The translations under genes and the position numbers were made by a program. Source: an uncultured Leifsonia sp. (GTDB taxonomy: Bacteria > Actinomycetota > Actinomycetes > Actinomycetales > Microbacteriaceae). Taken from it: DNA of 64,000 nucleotides. The notes beneath the pieces were generated by a model. That model was given only the letters and a program-made list of their open reading frames with translations. It searched no databases and was not told where the DNA came from. The DNA is taken from assembly GCA_964655795.1 (NCBI GenBank), contig CAZZNX010000001.1, positions 2,400 to 66,399 of the forward strand, in the 5' to 3' direction. Below, piece after piece: positions 40,128 through 48,914 of the stretch. Each line of letters starts with the position of its first letter. The first letter of the stretch is position 1.

Positions 40128-40153
40128 AAACATACCAACCGGACGGTTCTTTG
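40128..40153. promoter_or_regulatory. ARE-like box (autoregulatory element consensus TNANAWACNNACYNNNCGGTTTKTTT, recalled from memory)
   Basis: AAACATACCAACCGGACGGTTCTTTG matches 15 of 18 defined consensus positions. It lies in the divergent region between the ScbR-like gene and ydeI-like gene. Confidence 0.4.
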
Positions 40154-40227
40154 TATAGCTTTTTCTTGGACCTGATTCAGAATTGGCACGCTCGCGGCTT
40201 GTCGGCGCCGTCTGGCAGACTCGTGCC

Positions 40228-40908
40228 ATGAGCACTCCAGGTGGAACGCCGGGCGGCACGCCAGAGCAGCCGGCCATCTTCTTCGACGGTCCAGAGGAGT
40301 TCCGCGCCTGGCTGGAGACCAACCACGCCACCGCGACGGAACTCTGGATGGGGCTGTACAAGAAGCACGTACCTGAGCGCGGCCTGACCTGGGAACAGGC
40401 GGTGCCGGAGGCCCTCTGCTTCGGCTGGATCGACTCGATCGCGCAGCGGATCGACGACGACGCCAGGCGCCAACGCTGGACGCCGCGCAAGAGCACGAGC
40501 ACCTGGTCCAGCGTCAACATCGCCCTCGTCGAGAAGCTCAGCGCGGAGGGGCGGATGCACCCCGCCGGCATCGCGGCGTTCGAGCGCAGGCGCGAAGACC
40601 GCTCGGGCATCTACTCCCACGAGAACCCCGGGCAGGAGCTGCCGGCCGAGGCGGCGGCCCGGCTGGCCGCGAGCCCGGCGGCATCTGCGTTCTGGCAGGC
40701 GGCCACGGCGACGTATCGGCGCGCCGTCACCCACTGGGTGCTCTCCGCCAAACAGGAGGCCACCCGCGAGCGCCGGCTGACGCAGCTCATCGACGACAGC
40801 GCGGCCGGGCTGCTCGTTCCGTTCCAGCGCTACGGCGAGGTTCCGAAGTGGGTGGAGCGGGCCGCGGATGCCGCCCGAGCGGCCGGTGGAGAGCCCGCTC
40901 AGCCCTGA
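40228..40908 (+). CDS. YdeI/OmpD-associated family protein
   Basis: FFDGPEEFRAWLETNHATATELWMGLYKKH...EALCFGWIDS... Confidence 0.7.
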   Translation: MSTPGGTPGGTPEQPAIFFDGPEEFRAWLETNHATATELWMGLYKKHVPERGLTWEQAVPEALCFGWIDSIAQRIDDDARRQRWTPRKSTSTWSSVNIALVEKLSAEGRMHPAGIAAFERRREDRSGIYSHENPGQELPAEAAARLAASPAASAFWQAATATYRRAVTHWVLSAKQEATRERRLTQLIDDSAAGLLVPFQRYGEVPKWVERAADAARAAGGEPAQP

Positions 40909-41396
40909 AAATCCTCGGGGTCCACGTCATCCAGGAACTTCTTGAACTCGTCGAGCGCGTCTTCTTCGGCGCTGACCGTCTCCACCAGCTCGGCGGGGAT
41001 CCCCGCCTCCTCCAACACCTCGTCGGCGACGAAGAGCGGGGCCTCCGTCCGCACGGCGAGGGCCACGGAATCCGATGGCCTGGCGTCGAGGATGAGTGGG
41101 CCGCGCGGGGTCACGAGTGTGATCTCCGCGTAGAAGGTTCCATCGGAGATCCTGGTCACATCCACCCGCTCGATGTGAGCCCCCAGGGATTCGACCAAGG
41201 TCTTCATCAGATCGTGTGTCAGCGGCCGCGGCGGCGTGTCGCCGCCGAGCGCGAACAACGTCGACGTCGCCTCCTGCTCGCCGATCCAGATCGGCAGCAC
41301 ACGACCGGCGCCCGGCGCATCGCGCACCGGTTTCAGCAGGATGATGTGCTGACCCTCGGCGTCGAGGGCGACTCCGAGAACGTGAACCTTGACCAT
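40899..41396 (-). CDS. Bifunctional nuclease (DUF151/BFN) family protein
   Basis: MVKVHVLGVALDAEGQHIILLKPV...LPIWIGEQEATSTLFAL...RPLTHDLM. ATG 41396. Confidence 0.8.
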   Translation of the reverse strand: MVKVHVLGVALDAEGQHIILLKPVRDAPGAGRVLPIWIGEQEATSTLFALGGDTPPRPLTHDLMKTLVESLGAHIERVDVTRISDGTFYAEITLVTPRGPLILDARPSDSVALAVRTEAPLFVADEVLEEAGIPAELVETVSAEEDALDEFKKFLDDVDPEDFQG

Positions 41397-41496
41397 GGCG
41401 ACTCCCGTCGAGACGTCGGGCGAGACACCGCCATCGTACGTCCGCTGCCTGCCTGACGGCCCACAGAATTCACACGATGCCGTGTGAGGGCCCGGC

Positions 41497-42318
41497 TCAG
41501 TCCCCCGCGCCGAAGAACTCGAGCGCCGCTTCGCGGAACACGCGGGAGCCCGGAGCGTTGAAGTGGTGCCGCCGTGGCAGCTCGACGAAGGAACCGTGCG
41601 GTGTTGCGGCCGCCAGCGCCCGCGACTGCTCGAGGATCGCGTCGTCACTGCCGGTGGCGACGAGGATCGGCTGCATCGGCGGGTTCGTGACATCCGGGTC
41701 GGCATCACCCAACCGCATGCCCTCGGCGAGCGCCACGAGTGCGTGCAGGTCGTTGCCGACGACGCGCTCGGAGAGGGTCACATAGTTCTGCGTCACCGGA
41801 TCCTCGATCGGTGTGCCGTGCTCGGCGAAGGCACGCGCCTGATCGATCTGCAACCGGGCGAGCGGTCGACCGTCCGGGATGCCGCCGAGCACCGCCCGCT
41901 CCACCAACTCCGGGTGTGCGACGGCGAGCTGCCAGCCGACGCGCGCACCGAGCGAGTAGCCGGCGTAGAGCACGCTCTCCAGCATGTAGGTGTCGAGCAC
42001 GATGACGAGGTCGTCGACGAAGGCGTCCATGCTGAACCCCTCCGCCTCGTGCGGCTTGTCGCTCGCACCGTGGCCACGCTGGTCGACGCCGAGCACGCGG
42101 TATCCGGCCCGGGTCAGGTCGCGCACCCACCCGGTGTTCACCCAGTTGTCGCGGCAGCTCGAGGCGAAGCCATGCACGCAGAGCACGGTGGGCGCGTCAT
42201 CATCGCCCCACAGATAGGTGGCGATGCGGCGTCCGTCGGCCGCCATCACGAACTGTGGGCTCGGCATCTCGGTGAGGGCGGGGAAGGCGGGGCTCATGCC
42301 TGCCATTCTCCCGCGCAA
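41497..42318 (-). CDS. Alpha/beta-fold hydrolase
   Basis: VLCVHGFASS and nucleophile elbow GYSLGA. The start is ambiguous (42318, 42306 or 42297). Confidence 0.8.
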   Translation of the reverse strand: MRGRMAGMSPAFPALTEMPSPQFVMAADGRRIATYLWGDDDAPTVLCVHGFASSCRDNWVNTGWVRDLTRAGYRVLGVDQRGHGASDKPHEAEGFSMDAFVDDLVIVLDTYMLESVLYAGYSLGARVGWQLAVAHPELVERAVLGGIPDGRPLARLQIDQARAFAEHGTPIEDPVTQNYVTLSERVVGNDLHALVALAEGMRLGDADPDVTNPPMQPILVATGSDDAILEQSRALAAATPHGSFVELPRRHHFNAPGSRVFREAALEFFGAGD

Positions 42319-42373
42319 ACGGAAGAGTCGGTGAAAAGCCCCGCCGTCCGCGCCGAGCGAACGCCGAGGAAGG

Positions 42374-43825
42374 CTAGTCGTTCGACGCTCCGACGCTGGA
42401 AACGGCGTCCGTGGGCACAGGGCCGCCGATGCCTGTCTGTGACGGTGTGCGAATCGCCCAGATCACACCCCCGACTGCCACGATGACGAGCGGTGCCATC
42501 AGGGCCCAATTCACCCAGTCGTTCCGGCCGGTGAGCAGATCCAGGTTCGTGAGCATCAGGTACAGGCCGACGAGGAGTCCGATGACGCCGAGCAGAGGGG
42601 CAATGATCACCCGGAATACTCCGTGGCCGCGTCGATCGCGACGGAAGAAACTGATCACGCTGACCATGCAGAGCGCCTGCAGCGCAACGATGCCGACAAT
42701 GCCGACACCATTCGTCCAGAGCAGCAACTGCAGGTAGGGATCACCGTTGAACACAACCGTGACGAGGATCAGCACCAGCGAGGCGATGGTCGTGATCACG
42801 CTGGCCTTGGCCGGCGATCGAAAGCGCGCGTGTGCGACGCCGAGCCGTGCCGGAAGGATACCGTCGCGGCCGAGCGCGAACATGTATCGCGTGGTGGCAT
42901 TGTGGAAGGCGATCGTGGCCGCAAGGATGCTCGTGATGATCAGAAGCCCCATGGTCAGGCTTGCCCAGCCGCCGAGGTAGGACTCAGCGAGCATGAAGTA
43001 CAGGGCTTGGAAGGCATCCGAGAGTGTGTACTCCCTCAAGCCGTCCACACTCATCGCCGCGACGGCGATCCACGCGATGAAGCCATAGAAGAGGGCCAAG
43101 AATCCCACGGCGAAGTATGTAGCCCGCGGTACCGTGCGCTTGGGATCGCGAGCCTCTTCGGCGTAGATCGCCGTGCCTTCGAAGCCGATGAACGCCCCCA
43201 GGGCGAGCACGAACATGCCGCCGCTGCCGGCGTTGAACACGTTGCCGGGGGAGAAGGGCTCGAGCGAGAAGTTCGATGTGCCCTCCGCCATCAGCACCGC
43301 GACCGCGAGCACCACGAGGATCAACACCTCCAGTGTCATCAGCACGGCCAGCACGCGGGCGCCGATATCGATCTGCCGGTACCCGAGGAATGCAACGATG
43401 GCGACGGCGATCAGCGCGTACACCGACCAGTGCAGCTCGATGCCGAAGGCATCGGAGAAGGTGGTGGCGGCGTAGAAACCGAAGAATCCGTAGAAGCCCG
43501 CACAGATGAGGGCGTACGAGAGCAATGCGACGAATGCGGAGCCGACGCCGGCCGGGCGGCCCAGCCCCCGACCGATGAAGGCGTAGAACGCCCCCGCATT
43601 GCGCACGTACAGCGCGAAGGCCGTGAACCCCGCGGCGCACAAGATGTAGACGACGCCGCTGAACACGTAGGCACCGGCCGCGCCGATGCCTCCGAGGCGG
43701 AACGCCAGCGGCGCCGCCCCCGCCATCACCGCGAGCGGGGCGGCCGCCGCGACCACGAAGAAGAAGATGTCGAACGTGCCCAGCTTGCCGCGGGCCAGGC
43801 CTTGTACGTCGTTGGTCGTGGTCAT
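42374..43825 (-). CDS. APC-superfamily amino acid/amine permease
   Basis: 483 aa with 12 TM segments. ATG 43825 is preceded by GAAGGAG. It lies downstream of the amidase gene. Confidence 0.85.
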   Translation of the reverse strand: MTTTNDVQGLARGKLGTFDIFFFVVAAAAPLAVMAGAAPLAFRLGGIGAAGAYVFSGVVYILCAAGFTAFALYVRNAGAFYAFIGRGLGRPAGVGSAFVALLSYALICAGFYGFFGFYAATTFSDAFGIELHWSVYALIAVAIVAFLGYRQIDIGARVLAVLMTLEVLILVVLAVAVLMAEGTSNFSLEPFSPGNVFNAGSGGMFVLALGAFIGFEGTAIYAEEARDPKRTVPRATYFAVGFLALFYGFIAWIAVAAMSVDGLREYTLSDAFQALYFMLAESYLGGWASLTMGLLIITSILAATIAFHNATTRYMFALGRDGILPARLGVAHARFRSPAKASVITTIASLVLILVTVVFNGDPYLQLLLWTNGVGIVGIVALQALCMVSVISFFRRDRRGHGVFRVIIAPLLGVIGLLVGLYLMLTNLDLLTGRNDWVNWALMAPLVIVAVGGVIWAIRTPSQTGIGGPVPTDAVSSVGASND

Positions 43826-43892
43826 GATGCTCCTTCTGGTTGTCAGCGGGGGGAATGACAGCGGTGATGCGAAGCGGTTCGGTGCGAATGCG

Positions 43893-45287
43893 TTACAGCG
43901 CCGGCCACCACGCCGGGTCGGTCCAGAGGGCGAGCTCCTGTTCGAGCGCAGCACCCACGCGGAACACCGTGGTGTCGTCGTAGCTGCGGCCAACGATCTG
44001 CACACCGGTCGGCACGCCATTCGGCGCAATGCCCGAGGGAACCGAGAGCACGGGCACCCGCCCGATCACGTTGAACGGCAGGGTCATCAGCTTCGAGAAC
44101 ACGGTGTCGCTGTCGGTGCACGGCTCGTCGGCGGCGAGCCCCGTCGTGGCGACGGTCGGGCAGATCAGCACGTCGTAGCCGGTCATCAGCTCGGCGAATG
44201 GACGGTAGAACGCCGATTCGGCGACGAGCCCCTCCACATAGTCGCCCCCGGCGGCGGCCCTCGCGGCGAAGGCCCGGGTGTACGGCATCAACTGCGCCGC
44301 GCGCTCCGGGTCGCCGTCGGCGATGCTCTCGATGAACGGCCCCATCACGGCGCCGAAGTGCGGCCAGGCCGTCGCCGCCGTGCGCTCCGGGCTCCAGGGC
44401 AGTGAGACCTCGACGACGACAGCGCCGGCAGCGGTCAGCGCGGCGGCCACCGAGCGGGTGTTCGCCTCCACCGCGGGGTCGACGTCGTAGCCTCCGAGCG
44501 TGATGCAGAGCGCGATGCGGATGCCGCGCAGGGGGCCGGCAACACCGGAGACAGCCGCGATGTCGCGCAGAGACGCGGCGTCGCCGACCCAGGGGCCGGA
44601 GATCACGTTCTGCAGCAATGCGACATCCGCGACGCTGCGACCCATCGGTCCGTCGGCGCAGTAGGTGTCGGAGTTGAACGGGGCCATGCCCGGCACGCGG
44701 CCGAACGGCGGCTTGAATCCGACCACGCCGCAGAACGACGCGGGGATGCGGATCGAGCCACCGATGTCGGAACCGGTTGCGAGCACCGTGGACCCGGCCG
44801 CAAGCACGGCGCCGGAGCCACCGGAGGAACCACCGGGCGTGAAGTCGGTGTTCCAGGGGTTGCGCGTGATCCCCCACAGTTTCGAGTGCGTCACCGGTGC
44901 GCAGCAGTACTCGGGCGTCGTGGTGCGGCCGTGGATGACCGCGCCCGCCTGCTGGATGCGCTCCACGATCGGGTGCGTCTCCTCGGCGAGGTTGCCTTTC
45001 TCCAGCAGACATCCGTCTTCAAGCAGGTGGCCGGCGATGGGGTGTTCGTCCTTCAACATCAGCGGGATGCCCTCGAGCGCACCGACCGGCTCACCCGCGG
45101 CGAACCGCGCCTCGGAGCTGAGGGCTGCGGCGCGGGCATCGTCGATCCACTGCTCGGTGACCGCGTTGATCAGCGGCTCGGTTGCCGCGGTGCGGGCGAT
45201 CACCGATTCGAGCAGTTCGACGGGCGAGAGCTCGCGACGATGGAACTGCTCGGATGCTTCGGTGGCCGTGAGCCGGTAGAGATCCAT
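43893..45287 (-). CDS. Amidase (amidase-signature family)
   Basis: The AS signature GGSSGGSGAVLAAG and the catalytic Lys context LMLKDE are present. ATG 45287. Confidence 0.9.
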   Translation of the reverse strand: MDLYRLTATEASEQFHRRELSPVELLESVIARTAATEPLINAVTEQWIDDARAAALSSEARFAAGEPVGALEGIPLMLKDEHPIAGHLLEDGCLLEKGNLAEETHPIVERIQQAGAVIHGRTTTPEYCCAPVTHSKLWGITRNPWNTDFTPGGSSGGSGAVLAAGSTVLATGSDIGGSIRIPASFCGVVGFKPPFGRVPGMAPFNSDTYCADGPMGRSVADVALLQNVISGPWVGDAASLRDIAAVSGVAGPLRGIRIALCITLGGYDVDPAVEANTRSVAAALTAAGAVVVEVSLPWSPERTAATAWPHFGAVMGPFIESIADGDPERAAQLMPYTRAFAARAAAGGDYVEGLVAESAFYRPFAELMTGYDVLICPTVATTGLAADEPCTDSDTVFSKLMTLPFNVIGRVPVLSVPSGIAPNGVPTGVQIVGRSYDDTTVFRVGAALEQELALWTDPAWWPAL

Positions 45288-45308
45288 GGAGATGGTGCCT
45301 TTCGCTTG

Positions 45309-45325
45309 TCCGTACACTGTACGGA
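45309..45325. promoter_or_regulatory. 17-bp perfect palindrome, candidate TetR operator
   Basis: TCCGTACA-C-TGTACGGA lies between the divergent amidase and tetR starts. Confidence 0.5.
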
Positions 45326-45341
45326 CGATACTGTTGCCACC

Positions 45342-45980
45342 ATGGCGCCACGTCAAGAGCTTTCACAAAAGACCCGGCAGAATCTGACCAGGCGCGAGCT
45401 CACGACGGCCGCGATCACGCTGATCGAACGGGATGGTCTCGATGCCCTGAGCATGCGGCGCTTGGCCGGTGAACTCGCCTGCGCCCCGATGAGTCTCTAC
45501 ACCCACGTGCGCAATCGGGACGACCTGATCGACGCGATCGTCGAGCACCTCATCGACCAACTCGCCCTGCCGGCGCAGAGCGACGAGTCCTGGCAGCAGC
45601 TCACCCGGCAGACCCTCGGCGCCTACCGCGACCTGGCCGTTCGGTTGCCGAACAGCTTCGAGCTCCTCGCCCTCGCCCCGTACGACTCCTCGCCCGTCGC
45701 GCCGCACCTCGCCCAATTCCTGTCGAGCCTCGAACGGGCCGGGCTCTCTCCGGATCAGGCGGGACAGATCCTCGGCATCGTCGACGCCTACGCCACCGGC
45801 TTCCTCGTCGTCTGGGCCCGCAGCAGCACACGGCGCCCCGCGACCGGCGCCGTCGCGACAGCGCCCGACATCGCCGGCCTGCGCGACCTCGACATGTTCG
45901 ATCGGGGTCTGGAGGCCATGATCGCCGGCCTCGAGGCGACGCTCGTGCGCGGCATCCACAACGGAAAGGCACCCCAATGA
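45342..45980 (+). CDS. TetR-family transcriptional regulator
   Basis: LTRRELTTAAITLIERDGLDALSMRRLAGELACAPMSLYTHVRNRDDL. Confidence 0.85.
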   Translation: MAPRQELSQKTRQNLTRRELTTAAITLIERDGLDALSMRRLAGELACAPMSLYTHVRNRDDLIDAIVEHLIDQLALPAQSDESWQQLTRQTLGAYRDLAVRLPNSFELLALAPYDSSPVAPHLAQFLSSLERAGLSPDQAGQILGIVDAYATGFLVVWARSSTRRPATGAVATAPDIAGLRDLDMFDRGLEAMIAGLEATLVRGIHNGKAPQ

Positions 45981-46441
45981 ATCATCCTCTCGAACCGAGC
46001 CTCGAATTCGCCTTCGAGCTGCGGGTCGAGGTCGGCGCCGAGCTCGACATCGGCCGCGGCGAATCCGAGCAGCTGGGATTCACCCCGATCACGGGCGGCA
46101 CCGTCACCGGCCCGCGACTGGCGGGTCGGGTACTGCCGGGCGGCGGCGACTGGTGGGTCGCGCGCGGTGACGTCACCCAACTCGACGCGCGCTACCTCAT
46201 CGAAGCGGATGACGGCACGGTCATCGACGTCGTGAATCGCGGCTACTACGTGGCCGGCGAAGATCTCGAGCGCCGGCTCGCGGCGGGCGAAGCGGTCTCG
46301 GAGGAGGAGCTGTACTACCGGACAGCGCCGGTGTTCCAGACGGACGCCCCCGCACACCGCTGGCTCGCCGAACGCCAGTTCATCGGCATGGCCAGGCCGG
46401 AGCCGGGCTTCGTCTGTATCCGCATCTTCGAGCTGCGCTGA
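45977..46441 (+). CDS. DUF3237-family protein
   Basis: FTPITGGTVTGPRLAGRVLPGGGDWWVARGDVTQLDARYLIEADDGTVI. ATGA overlap with tetR. Confidence 0.72.
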   Translation: MNHPLEPSLEFAFELRVEVGAELDIGRGESEQLGFTPITGGTVTGPRLAGRVLPGGGDWWVARGDVTQLDARYLIEADDGTVIDVVNRGYYVAGEDLERRLAAGEAVSEEELYYRTAPVFQTDAPAHRWLAERQFIGMARPEPGFVCIRIFELR

Positions 46442-46604
46442 CTCGCGTCGCCACCCGGACGCGGCCTCACATGAGCTCGCCGGGGCCGAGAGGTGACGGA
46501 AACGAACGGAGACCATCAGGGACACGGGACTGAAACGGTGCGCGAATAGTGTCGGCCACAGCCCGCCACGCGCGGCCCCACGCACCGACCTTGAAGGGAA
46601 TCCC

Positions 46605-47489
46605 ATGTCCTATGTGAAGCCGGCCGATCTCGTCTCGACGTTGATCGATGCGGGAGAGTCGAAGATTTTCATGTCCACCCGCGACACGCTCGTGCGCGCC
46701 ACCATGGGCGGTGCGATGCTGACCATCGCCGCCGCGTTCGCGATCACGGTCAGTGTGACGACCGGCATCCCGCTGCTCGGCGCTGTGCTCTTCCCCGTTG
46801 GGTTCATCATGCTCTACCTGCTCGGCTACGACCTGCTGACCGGGGTGTTCGTGCTTGGCCCGCTCGCGTGGATGGACAAACGCCCGGGCGTCACCCTCGG
46901 CGGGGTCCTCCGCAACTGGGGTCTCGTCTTCGTGGGCAACTTCATCGGCGCCTTCACCGTCGCCGTGCTGATGGCGATCGTGGTCACCTACGGCTTCTCG
47001 GTTCCGCCCAACGCGGTCGGCGAGGCGATCGGGCACATCGGTGAGGGCCGTACCGTCGGCTACGCCGAACACGGTGCCGGCGGCATGCTCACCCTGTTCA
47101 TCCGCGGCGTGCTCTGCAACTGGATGGTCTCCACCGGTGTGGTGCTGGCGCTGATCGCCAAGGACGTTCCCGGCAAGATCATGGCGATGTGGATGCCCAT
47201 CATGCTCTTCTTCTTCATGGGCTTCGAGCACTCGATCGTCAACATGTTCCTCTTCCCCTCCGGCCTGCTGCTCGGCGGCGACTTCACGATCATGGACTAC
47301 CTGGTCTGGAACGAGATCCCCACCGTGGTCGGCAACCTCGTCGGCGGCCTCGTCTTCACGGCCATCCCCCTGTACCTGACGCACTCTCGCACGAAGGCGC
47401 CACGGGTCATCACTCCCCGTCGAACGCCTACCCTCCGCAGCGAGGCGACGAGCGCCGAGCGCGAGCTCCAGGGCGCCGCCTCGGCGTGA
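46605..47489 (+). CDS. Formate/nitrite transporter (FNT) family channel
   Basis: 294 aa with 6 TM segments and FNT-type motifs (LLGYDLLTG, GFEHSIVNMF, GNLVGG). Confidence 0.88.
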   Translation: MSYVKPADLVSTLIDAGESKIFMSTRDTLVRATMGGAMLTIAAAFAITVSVTTGIPLLGAVLFPVGFIMLYLLGYDLLTGVFVLGPLAWMDKRPGVTLGGVLRNWGLVFVGNFIGAFTVAVLMAIVVTYGFSVPPNAVGEAIGHIGEGRTVGYAEHGAGGMLTLFIRGVLCNWMVSTGVVLALIAKDVPGKIMAMWMPIMLFFFMGFEHSIVNMFLFPSGLLLGGDFTIMDYLVWNEIPTVVGNLVGGLVFTAIPLYLTHSRTKAPRVITPRRTPTLRSEATSAERELQGAASA

Positions 47490-47523
47490 TGTCCTGCCGG
47501 TGAGCTCTGCCAGTGAGCTTCTG

Positions 47524-47561
47524 CCGGTGCTGCGTCGGGCGGATGCCGGACGCAGCACCGG
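47524..47561. terminator. Bidirectional hairpin between the FNT and deoR genes
   Basis: CCGGTGCTGCGTC (47524-47536) and GACGCAGCACCGG (47549-47561) form a perfect 13-bp stem. Confidence 0.6.
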
Positions 47562-47568
47562 CTCTGCG

Positions 47569-48333
47569 TTAGCGGGCCGTCGCGTAGGTGATCGGCAACC
47601 CGGCATCGGCGAGCAGCGCCAGTGCCGGCGAGCTGCGCGGCGCATCGGTGATCAGGCCGGCGATCTCGGGGGCGCGGAGCACGACGAAACGGGACGCCGT
47701 TCCGATCTTGTCGGCGTCGGCGAGCACGTAGGTGTCGGCGGAATGACGTGCGAGCGTGCGTTTCATCGCGGCCTCGTCGGCGTCATCCGTCGTGAACCCG
47801 GTCTCGGGGTGCACCCCGGTCACACCGACGAAGAACAGATCGGCGTTGACCTGCGCGGCTGCTTCGACGGCTGCGGCACCACAGGTGACGGCGGAGTGTT
47901 TGAAGAGCCTGCCGCCCAGCATGAACACCTCGATGTTCGGATGCCCGAGGAGAGCGACGGCGATGGTCGGACTGTGCGTGACGACCGTCAGCGCGAGCTC
48001 GCGGTCGAGCTCGCGAACGAGCTCCAGCGTCGTGGTTCCCCCGTCGAGGATGACGGTCTGCCCCGGCTCGATCAGCGCGGCGGCGGCCCGGGCGACCGAC
48101 TGCTTGCCGCCGACGTTCAGAGAGGTGCGGGTGCCGTAGTCGGCGATCGCGGCAGAGATCGGCAGGGCTCCGCCGTACACGCGCTGACATTTCCCGGCCG
48201 CGGCGAGCTCGCGCAGATCGCGCCGGATGCTGTCCTCAGAGAGTCGGAGCTCCACTGCGACATCCTTGGCAACCACCTTGCCCTCTGAACGAAGCTTCTC
48301 CAGCAGGAACTCGTGCCGTTGCGCAGCAAGCAT
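47569..48333 (-). CDS. DeoR-family transcriptional regulator
   Basis: MLAAQRHEFLLEKLRSEGKVVAKDVAVELRLSEDSIRRDLRELA plus a DeoR C-terminal sensor domain. ATG 48333 is preceded by AAGGAGA. Confidence 0.9.
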   Translation of the reverse strand: MLAAQRHEFLLEKLRSEGKVVAKDVAVELRLSEDSIRRDLRELAAAGKCQRVYGGALPISAAIADYGTRTSLNVGGKQSVARAAAALIEPGQTVILDGGTTTLELVRELDRELALTVVTHSPTIAVALLGHPNIEVFMLGGRLFKHSAVTCGAAAVEAAAQVNADLFFVGVTGVHPETGFTTDDADEAAMKRTLARHSADTYVLADADKIGTASRFVVLRAPEIAGLITDAPRSSPALALLADAGLPITYATAR

Positions 48334-48381
48334 TCGCGTTTCTCCTTGTTCTTTAACGTTTATGCACGTTACCATGCGAGC

Positions 48382-48762
48382 ATGACGACACCTCTTCTCA
48401 TTCTTATCGCAGGCCCGTATCGCTCGGGGACCGGGGACGATCCCGAGCTGCTGGCCGCCAACCTGGCGCGGCTCGAACAGGCGGCCTGGCCCATCTTCCA
48501 GGCCGGCCACATCCCGATGATCGGCGAGTGGGTGGCCCTGCCCGTGCTCCGCGGCGCCGGCGGGACGAGCGTGGCCGACCCGATCGCCGCCGACATCATG
48601 TACCCGACCGCCGAACGCCTCCTCCAGCACTGCGACGCCGTGCTGCGCCTCCCCGGCGCCTCGGCCGGCGCGGATCAGGATGTCGCGATCGCGGAGCGTC
48701 GCGGCATCCCCGTGTACTTCTCGCTCGAGGAGGTGCCGGGCCACCGGCCCCCGCAGGCGTAG
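48382..48762 (+). CDS. Hypothetical protein, possibly DUF4406/nucleoside deoxyribosyltransferase-like fold
   Basis: 126 aa starting MTTPLLILIAGPYRSGTGDD, ...DAVLRLPGAS.GADQDVAIAERRGIPVY. The function call is weak. Confidence 0.5.
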   Translation: MTTPLLILIAGPYRSGTGDDPELLAANLARLEQAAWPIFQAGHIPMIGEWVALPVLRGAGGTSVADPIAADIMYPTAERLLQHCDAVLRLPGASAGADQDVAIAERRGIPVYFSLEEVPGHRPPQA

Positions 48763-48767
48763 CCCAG

Positions 48768-48795
48768 TGGTGCCGACGGCCGGCCGTCGGCACCA
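48768..48795 (+). terminator. 28-bp perfect palindrome hairpin
   Basis: TGGTGCCGACGGCCGGCCGTCGGCACCA begins 6 nt after the stop at 48762. Confidence 0.65.
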
Positions 48796-48798
48796 GCT

Positions 48799-48820
48799 GT
48801 TCACGCTCCGTTTCATTCGC
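48799..48820 (+). promoter_or_regulatory. PHO-box-like pair of 11-nt direct repeat units upstream of phnD
   Basis: GTTCACGCTCC|GTTTCATTCGC compared with the actinomycete PhoP unit G(G/T)TCAYYYR(G/C)G. The first unit fits well (GTTCAC core), the second is weaker. It lies about 95 nt upstream of the ATG. Confidence 0.3.
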
Positions 48821-48914
48821 AGTACGGCGGTCTCGTAATTCCCGATTACCTTCGCGGGTTTGGATACCGGTGTTCTCGAAAATCCTCGAGACCCCCGCAC
48901 TCCGAAAGGTCGCC

